A stretch of DNA of 64,000 bases from the NCBI GenBank assembly GCA_023205875.1, contig CP060758.1, positions 620,001 through 684,000 on the forward strand, given 5' to 3'. A program made the translations under genes and the position numbers. This document shows positions 55,328 through 64,000 of the stretch, piece after piece (within the stretch, counting starts at the first letter, position 1; each line of letters begins with the position of its first letter). This DNA comes from Chloropicon primus (taxonomy: Eukaryota). The notes beneath the pieces are model-generated. The model did not search any database. It was not told the DNA's origin and saw only the letters and a list, made by a program, of their open reading frames with translations.

Positions 55328-55927
55328 GGTGCCTCTCTCACCTCACCTCACCCACCACCACCACCGCAACAACAACAAGAGCAACACCACCAGCAGTGTC
55401 TAAGCCTCTCCCACGACGCTTCGGACCGAAGTTTATCGAGTTTTCCCTTTCATATTCTTCTTCTTCTTCATGGAACGAACGAACGAACGAACGAACGAAC
55501 GAACCCCTTGGCGGCGGATACGGATACCTCTCTCTTTCTCTCCGCAGATGAGATGACCTGTGTGATTGCGGCGCGGAACCTAGTCCCCCTGTCCGGTGCT
55601 GTGGTGCTGTGGTCCTCTACCTTCGCCAAGGATCCTCCATCCATCGATCGATCTCCTTCGTCCTTCTTCGTCCGTTCCTCCAGATACTGTACGATTACAC
55701 CCAAGATTAGACCTTTGGAGGGGGTCGTTCTGGTTTGGGTTTGAAGGACAGAAGGAAAGGGCGCCAAGGCGAAGGAGGGAGGAGACCGAGGGAGGAGACC
55801 GAGGGATCTTCGTGGAGGATGGTGTGAGGGGAGAGGGTCACGGAAAGGATTGGTTTGGATTTGGATCCTCGTTACGTTTTGCTTTCTTGGTTTTTCTTAC
55901 TGCTCAGAGGAAGGGGGAGGGGGAGGT

Positions 55928-58198
55928 ATGACGAAGGTGATTCCTGTCACACCGGACGGGAAGAGGTATGAGAGGAGGTACTACAGTGACGGGAGAGGAG
56001 GGAAAAGGGGGGAGGACCTGGATAGGCCGACGACGTCGGGCTACGTCCCCAGCCTGAGGGAAAGGCACACGGGGTTCTCCCCCGTTCGTCAGCAGGTTCG
56101 ACCCTCAACAGCTGGTCCGACTTCCAATCGGGAAAACCTTGCTGTCTACCTGGAGAGGATGGAGAGAATACTAGCGGAGGTTCAGGCCACGCACACGGAC
56201 CTGATCTCTCGGAGGAACAGGCGGAGGGGGTCACGGTCTGACGAGGGGGGCGACTCGAACCAATCGAGTCCGAGCCCGTACCAGAAAGGCGTCCGTCCCC
56301 AAGAAGTGGAGACTGTTCCACTCGACATCGACGAGATCTTGGCGGACGCCTCGATCGAGGAGCCGGAGAGCCCCGACGTGTCCCCGAGGAGGAGGCTGAG
56401 GGACGTGCTGGACATCAACTCCGAAAAGAATTCCCCGGTCAAAGCCAGAGCACGGTCTTTGGGGAACAGGGAAAGGATCAGGTCGTCCATCAAGGTCCTA
56501 GAGAGGAATTCTAGAAGGAGCAGGGAAGCGGGAGCTCAGGCTGCTGCTGAGACCAGGCCCTCGACCGCGTCCAAGCGAACCTCGGCCCTCAAGAAACTCA
56601 GGAGGGTCTCAGCGAGAAAGAGGTCCTCGGTGAGGCAGAAGAGCTGCGATGAAAGAACGGTTGGAGGGGCGGCATCGAACCAGCAGAAACCGTGCCGTCC
56701 GAGTCCCGAGCGCGAGGGCGTCATCGCCGTGACCTCCTCGACTTTTTGCCTCAACCCCCAAGCCAGCGTCGATCTCGGGGACCGCGGCCGAGACTTCACT
56801 CCCTCTAAACTGCCTTTGGACTCGGAGGGACTCGCCTTGGAGGAGGCGGAGGAGGGGACCGATGCTGAAGACCAGGAGAGGGTCCGGCAGAGAGTCCTCG
56901 AAAGGCTGAACGGAATGGATGACAACTTAAGAGACGCTCTCAAGGCAACCCTGAAGGGGACCCTGACAAGGAGAAGGCTGAACTCAAAATTGGGGAGAAG
57001 CATTGTTGCTGATATCAAGCACCTCAGGGAGTTGATCGACGGCTTCGGCGACGAGACCTCGTCGTCGAGCTTGCACAACAGGCAGCTGGAGCTGAAGATG
57101 AAGACGCAGTTCTCCAGGGATCTGAATCTGAAGAAAAAGGAGCTCTTGAAGGCCTTGTCGACTTCGCAGGCCCTTAAGCCTCGCGTCCTGCAAAAGCCAG
57201 CCGTGCCCGTGACTCCTTTGAAGCGGGTGTCCAAGTCCTTGCGGATCAGGAACAGGCCCGACACGGCACCTGCGATGAGTGCGTCACGAAAGCCGTCGCT
57301 GGGGCCGGGTGCGAGCAACCAAAATTCGGGCGGTGGGGGGGCTGGGGGGAGCAGGAAGGTTGCTTGGGGGGAGAAGGAAAACAACGGCGCGATGAGGGAG
57401 GAGGCCACCAAGAAACCAGACGCACAGCCGCCGAAGCCAGCCTTCGGTGGCGGGGAGACGAAGCCAGTCCGGAGAAACAGCAAAGGTGCTCGATCATCAT
57501 CAGAAGGGGAAGGAGAGGAAGAGGCCGAAAAATCGGAGGCGCCCCAGGGCAACACGAAGAAAGCTTTCCTGAAGAGGAAGCGGGCGAAGATCAAGATGTA
57601 CAAGATACCGAACTACTCTCACGTCAAGCCGTTGGTTGATTCACACCACGACGATGAGAGGGATGCCTCTGAACCGCGCCAGTACGATCATCCGGCACGC
57701 CCGGCCACCGCGCCAGCGCTGGTGGAGAAGTCGGCCACCCCTCCCCAGCAGTACGATTCGCCCATCGACGACCTCAAGGAGATTCTGGGCCTGTCCCACG
57801 GCAAGGAGAGCACGTTCTTCCGACCCCGGAGCGCGGCGGGGAGGAAAGGCAGGAGGAGGAAGGCGAATTCCGTGAATTCGTTGACTCACTTGAGTGGAAC
57901 GGTCACGAGGCTGTTCTCAAGCTCCGTCCAGAAGGCCAAGCAGGCCATCAAGGGCTTTGAGGACGGGCCAGGCGTCCCAGAAGAGGAGAGCGACGGGGGG
58001 GAGAGCGCACGCGTCCCGAGAGCACTGGAGAGCCTCCGCACGAGCAGCGCAGCTCCTGCCGCCGAGCACGTCCGGCTCGGGGACTTGATGGAAGAGCCAG
58101 AGTTCCTCGAAAGGGTGAAAGCTGAGAGCGAGGTCCTGGACGACTTTGTCAAGCCAAACGAGCTCTCTTTCGTGCACTTGAACCTGATCAAGGAGTAG
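55928..58198 (+). CDS. Basic, largely disordered protein with repeated RPx[TS][AS] motifs
   Basis: Long ORF, first ATG 55928; RPTTS, RPSTA (x2), RPDTA, RPATA, RPRSA. Confidence 0.75.
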   Translation: MTKVIPVTPDGKRYERRYYSDGRGGKRGEDLDRPTTSGYVPSLRERHTGFSPVRQQVRPSTAGPTSNRENLAVYLERMERILAEVQATHTDLISRRNRRRGSRSDEGGDSNQSSPSPYQKGVRPQEVETVPLDIDEILADASIEEPESPDVSPRRRLRDVLDINSEKNSPVKARARSLGNRERIRSSIKVLERNSRRSREAGAQAAAETRPSTASKRTSALKKLRRVSARKRSSVRQKSCDERTVGGAASNQQKPCRPSPEREGVIAVTSSTFCLNPQASVDLGDRGRDFTPSKLPLDSEGLALEEAEEGTDAEDQERVRQRVLERLNGMDDNLRDALKATLKGTLTRRRLNSKLGRSIVADIKHLRELIDGFGDETSSSSLHNRQLELKMKTQFSRDLNLKKKELLKALSTSQALKPRVLQKPAVPVTPLKRVSKSLRIRNRPDTAPAMSASRKPSLGPGASNQNSGGGGAGGSRKVAWGEKENNGAMREEATKKPDAQPPKPAFGGGETKPVRRNSKGARSSSEGEGEEEAEKSEAPQGNTKKAFLKRKRAKIKMYKIPNYSHVKPLVDSHHDDERDASEPRQYDHPARPATAPALVEKSATPPQQYDSPIDDLKEILGLSHGKESTFFRPRSAAGRKGRRRKANSVNSLTHLSGTVTRLFSSSVQKAKQAIKGFEDGPGVPEEESDGGESARVPRALESLRTSSAAPAAEHVRLGDLMEEPEFLERVKAESEVLDDFVKPNELSFVHLNLIKE

Positions 58199-58311
58199 TA
58201 GGAGCAGTGGAGGATTAGTAATTTCATTGGCCTATAATAAAAAACGCAATTAAAAAGCTTTTAAAACGTTCTCTTCCTCTCTGCCTGCGAGCAGGCAACA
58301 GCAGAAAAGAT

Positions 58312-59227
<916 letters not shown>

Positions 59228-59526
59228 GGTGCCCTAAAGTCTCGGTTCTACGCGCGTGCGTCGTGTCCACCGCGGTCTACCTCACTTCTCCTCGCTCTCG
59301 CCCTTCGTGGCGGCGGCCCTACCACGAAAAAAAATTCGTTTTCCGAAAACATTTCGCAGCTAAAATAACTTCAAAACGATAAACAATTTCGTCGAAACAC
59401 GTATTCTGTACTCGTATAATCGGCTTTCGTTTCTACGTTTGCGGCGAGAGAAGAGAGAACGACGATCACGAAAAACGAGCGGGAAAAGGAGACAGAGACA
59501 GAAGAGAGAGGGAGGTGTTGAGGATC

Positions 59527-60540
59527 ATGGGGACGGTTTCGAGGCCGAGGGTGCTCCTCGTGGACCTCGACGGGACGCTGTATCGGAGCTCCAAGCTTTT
59601 CCAAGACGTCAGGGACAGAATAAACGGTGAGGTATTTCGCGACCCTTCGTTCGGTGGTTACGTGTCGTCGTCGGGTCGGTCGGGCACTCCTTTTTTTTCT
59701 TTTGGCTGAGCTGACTCTGATGGCTTCCGCCGTGCGTTTGGCTTCCACTCTCTTCGATTCGGACGAGAAGACTACATCACCGGAGTGCTGGGAGTGCCCG
59801 CGGAGGAGTCGAACGATGTGAGCGGCAGACTCTACAGGCAGTACGGCCTCACGGTCGTTGGATTGATGGTACGACAGTTCGCCCCAGAGAAAACGTCTCG
59901 TCCCGTCCCGTCGCGGTGACCCTCTCGTCCCTCCCTTTGTGACGACGCGCGGTGCTGCTGTGTGCTGACAACCCCCCTCTGCTCTCTCTCGCTCTCTCGC
60001 TCTCGCTCTCGTGGTTGTGTGCTCGCCGGCCAGGCGGAGGGCTACGGCGTCGAGCTGGACGGGTGGCACAAGGCGGTGCACGGGACCCTCGATTACGCGG
60101 AGCTGTTGCCGAAGAACCCGCCCCTGAAGGACCTCCTGGACTCCTTGGACATGCCCAAGTACATATTCACGAACGCGGACCGAATCCACGCCGAGGTCTG
60201 CCTGGACCACATTGGCATCAGGGACTGCTTCGTGGACATCATCGCGTTCGACGACATCGTCGAACACGTCAAGAAGGAGACTGGCGCGACAGGGCCGGAG
60301 CTCATGAAGTCGGTGTTCTGCAAGCCGGACGCCAGGGCCTTTGAGTACGCCATGAAGAGGGCCAACGCCGAGGCGGGGTCGACGATGTTCTTGGACGACA
60401 GCACGGCGAACATCAAGGGGGCCAAGGAGGTCGGCCTGCAGACCGTCCTTGTGGGGAGCAAGGATCTCTGCGAGGGCGCCGATTACGCCGTTGAAAACTT
60501 TTTGCACCTCAAGGACGCCGCCCCGAGCTTGTGGCAGTAA
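59527..60540 (+). CDS. HAD-superfamily pyrimidine 5'-nucleotidase (SDT1-like); exons 59527-59626, 59771-59868, 60034-60540
   Basis: DLDGTLY, LYRQYGLT..GL, IFTNAD..H, CKP, FLDDS..NI.GAK.VGL. Confidence 0.88.
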
Positions 60541-61706
60541 CTTATGGGACACGCGACTTCTCTATTAACTTATTCGTCGCGGGGGGCAGCAATGGCGTCC
60601 TGCCGCGGCCCTGGTGCTCGAAACCCATCTACCTAAACATATTTCGTGTGTGGTGTGTGTGCGTTGTACATTTTTTTTGGTTTTGTTGTTTGCTCCCCTC
60701 CTTCAACTCTCAACTCTCGGAAGCGGCGCAGCGAAAAGGCGAAGAGCAGAAGCGCTTTCCGAGGAGTTCCAGCCCAGCAGCACGGGTTGGCTCCAACCCT
60801 GACGATTGAAAGCAAGCGAGAGAGAAAGAGAGGCTCCCATGTGTCGCGACGTGAACCATGTAGAAGTCAGCGGTGCTCAATTCCTTGGCCTCTTGAAACG
60901 CAAGCTCTTGCGCAAACACGCCTTGCTTCTTCACAATCATCACCGACTCACGCACCGCCTAAGCGACATCCTTGATCGTCAACCATGCAGAGAGGACCGT
61001 CCGTCACGATCAGGAGGATCGAGGGGCCCTTCTGGCCTTGAGCTCGAGGCCAAGCAAATGCTTCGCGTCCTCCAGCGTCTTGAAGTGGTGACTCCTTCTT
61101 CTGTTGTTGTAGGACACAATGTAGGGCATTGCAAGTCATTGTATTTGATGCCCACAGGCAGCTCAATTGCCATCCCTGTCTCTTCCTTTGCCTCTGCATA
61201 CCTTCCTCCCCTTCGGTGGCCGTGTCTCTCTCCACTCAGCCAGTACCTCGCCGCTCTGCTCGTTCTGTCCCCCTCGACCAGAAAATCTTGCACGACGATC
61301 TCATTGCAATCCAACAGCTCCACCATCTCGTCCGTACTGTCCAGATCCAACCGGCAAAGCTTCGAAGGGAACGCTCCGGTCCTCCTCCGTCTCCCTGTGC
61401 TCCCAACCGCGCACAATACAGCCGCCGGGGCCTCCAAGTCCAGTGCTCGGCCGTTAGGCTCGCTCTCCCCAGCGATCACTTTGCTAACCTGAGTGTAATG
61501 TGGAAATGTTGTTTGGCGAATTTACACTCAAAACTCCTATTTGTTTACACCTCTTCTTGTTGGCGGCGGAATTTCTTTTTGGCGGCGGGAATTAAGAAGG
61601 GATTTGTACACGAGGAGGAAAAAGAGAGAGAAGAGAAGAGGAAGAGGGTGAAAGCAGAGCGAGGAAGAGACAAACGCGACGCACGAGACTACGAACTACG
61701 AGCGCC

Positions 61707-62313
61707 ATGGTGAAGTTCCTCAAAGTAAGTGAAGGCGGACGAAGGGGGGAGGACGGAGGCGGGTCGATCGAGAGGATCGGAGCGGTGTTCCGTGTCTCGT
61801 TTCGCGACCCCGCGACGTGGGGGAGAGAGAGAGAGCTTTGCTTTTGAAAGGTCAGGCGGAGACTGACTGGGGTGTTGCTCGTTTCGTTTCGTTTCTTGTT
61901 TCTTCTTGTTTCCCGCTGCTCAGAACAACAAGGTCGTCATTCTCTTGACCGGAAGGTACGCCGGCAAGAAGGCTGTTATCGTCAGAAACTACGACGATGG
62001 CACCAACAGCAGGCCGTACGGACACGCTTTGGTGGTGGGCCTCTCCAAGTACCCACGCAAGGTGACCAAGCGCTCCTCGGACAAGACCAGGGAGAAGAGG
62101 ATGAAGATGAAGACCTTCGTCAAGCTCGTCAACTACAACCACTTGATGCCCACGAGGTACTCCTTGGACGTTGATCTGAAGGCGAACATCACCCCTGACG
62201 TCGTGGACAACGCCACCAAGAGAAAGAGCGCTTCCATCGAGGCCCGCAAGGTCTTCGAGGAAAAGTTCAAGACCGGAAAGTCCAAGTGGTTCTTCTCCAA
62301 GCTCAGATTCTAA
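61707..62313 (+). CDS. RPL27: 60S ribosomal protein eL27; exons 61707-61724, 61924-62313
   Basis: MVKFLK|NNKVVILLTGRYAGKKAVIV...NYNHLMPTRY...WFFSKLRF. Confidence 0.97.
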
Positions 62314-62875
62314 GGCGGAGAGACCGCTCGGGGGTTGGGTGCCTTCCTCGGTGCGACGAGGGGAGCAAAAAACAAAAAGAACTTAGTTATAGAAAAATAA
62401 TATTCGCCAGGGCCGGGCTCTTTCGGGGAAACGGAGGACCGTCTGCAGAAAATATTAAGCATATGTAATATGACCTAAAAACCTGAAAACGTCGTTGTCA
62501 CTTGTTCCGTTCCTTGTCCTGGTCGCCCGCTCGCTCGCACGCAAGCGCACACGAACACACACACACACACACAACAGAGAGAGAGAGAGCTTGGGCCAGG
62601 GTCGCCCACACCTCTCTGGGGAATCCTCACTCAAGAGCGCAGGCGTCTGGCGAGGGAGGCGTTAGCGGGGTCGAGGCTTCTTGTGGGTTCTTTCTTTTGG
62701 TTCTCAAAAAAGAACAGGTTCTCAAAATAATACAGTTTTTTTGTCTATTTCATTATTGCGCAAGGTTTTGTTATAATCACCTAAACCAAACCAAGTCTCC
62801 AGTTCTCCTCAGCCCCCCGCGAAAAGCTTGAGCGCGCCAAGCAGCACCGCGGGGGCCCATCTCTGGGTGGACTCC

Positions 62876-63820
62876 TTAACGGTTGGCCTTGGCAACACGC
62901 TCAATCTCGTCCTTCTTCTTGATGGCGTAAGAGTTGGAAGATCCCTTGGCGGCATTAATAAGTTCATCAGCAAGGCACTCTGGAAGAGTCTTGATGTTCC
63001 TGAAAGCGGCCTCACGAGCTCCGGTGGTGAGCAACCAGATGGCCTGGTTGACACGCCTGAGCGGGGAAACATCAACAGCCTGTCTCCTGACAACACCAGC
63101 AGAACCGATTCTTGTGGCGTCTTCCCTTGGTCCACTGTTGATCACGGCGTCCACGAGAATCTGGATAGGGTTCTGGTCGGTCAAGAGGTTAATGACGTCG
63201 AAGGTGTGCTTGACGATCCTGTTGGCCATCAACTTCTTACCGTTGTTGCGTCCGTGCATCATCAAGGAGCAAGCAAGTCTCTCCGCGATGGGGCACTGGG
63301 CCTTCCTGAACCTCTTGGCCTGGTATCTACCGGCGGTATGTGGAACATAAACCGCAACCTTTGGCTTGACGGCGATGTAGTCCTCCAACGCCATGTCGTT
63401 GACCTGGCAAGAGCGAGAGAGAAGCAACAGTCGTCTTGCTGTCAGAACAGAAACCCCCCCAAAACAAAAAAAAAACAAATGCTCGGGTTGCGGGTCGAGG
63501 AAAAGAAAACACGACGGGGAGGACGCAAAGGAGCCAAGGGAAAGGAAGGGCGTCCGCGCGCACGCAAAGGAGCCTCAGTTTGGGAGCCTTCTCGTCACGG
63601 GAAGCGCACGCACGCGCACGCCCACCACCCCGAGCAAAGGCAAAGGCCACGCCAAACCCCTCTTCCCCTCGCTCCTCCCGTCCTCGCTCCCCTCGCTCCA
63701 ACAAAAAGAAAAAAGAGTGTGTGTGTGTGTGTGCGTGTGGAACACCTGAAGCAAAGCACTCACCTCGATCTCGTCGTAGGTCCATTTCCCGAAAAGCTTC
63801 ACGTCGTTAGCGTACGCCAT
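62876..63820 (-). CDS. RPS5: 40S ribosomal protein uS7 (S5); exons 63820-63764, 63403-62876
   Basis: VKLFGKW...|...[13 protein letters not shown]...NSGPRED.TRIG...ERVAKANR. Confidence 0.97.
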
Positions 63821-64000
63821 GGTGGTCTCCTATCGTGCTGGTTCTCCCTTCTCCACAGGTGAAGTGATCGATCGATCGGCGCTCCTGCCCTTCTCTCTCC
63901 CTCTTGGTTTTTTTTTTTGCGCTCCGTTTAACATGGATTTTCTACAGGAATTCGGCGGCGAACGAAGGGATTTTCTTCTGGCGGCGGAGTTTTGTGTATT

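Noticed and set aside
61490..61530. 9-bp inverted repeat TGAGTGTAA/TTACACTCA as MITE termini
   Set aside because: Too short, no clear target-site duplication and no second copy in the window.
63574..63598. C-box-like GTGACGA and D-box CTGA in the RPS5 intron (minus strand)
   Set aside because: The boxes are only ~14 nt apart, too short for a C/D snoRNA.

Overview
Gene-dense, GC-rich eukaryotic nuclear DNA with about 33 protein-coding genes in 64 kb, few short 5'-biased GT-AG introns, (GA)n/(CT)n microsatellites and TGTAA poly(A) signals after most stops. These traits point to a compact chlorophyte green alga; a Chloropicon-like picoalga is my inference, not a proven identity. Housekeeping genes include PAS2/PHS1 dehydratase, BRM-type SNF2, SPT small subunit, serine acetyltransferase, NDUFA1, SNF7, PPP4R2, TEX10/IPI1, eIF5A, a GATA factor, a BASS transporter, NOT4, BLISTER-like, YchF, POLD3, PRMT3, Ub-L40, a HAD nucleotidase, eL27 and uS7. 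The most notable items are: a 7TM-RGS receptor-like protein with a degenerate RGS box in a lineage generally regarded as lacking heterotrimeric G proteins; a NEK kinase-DEP-DUF547 fusion; a SPEF1/SPATA4-type CH domain fused to a JHY domain, together with epsilon-tubulin (ciliary toolkit); an intronic H/ACA snoRNA whose guide pocket matches LSU rRNA; and two recurrent non-coding motifs (GATCGATC and TGGCGGCGG). No tRNA, rRNA, CRISPR array or recognisable transposon was seen. All homology calls come from recognising motifs by eye, not from database searches.
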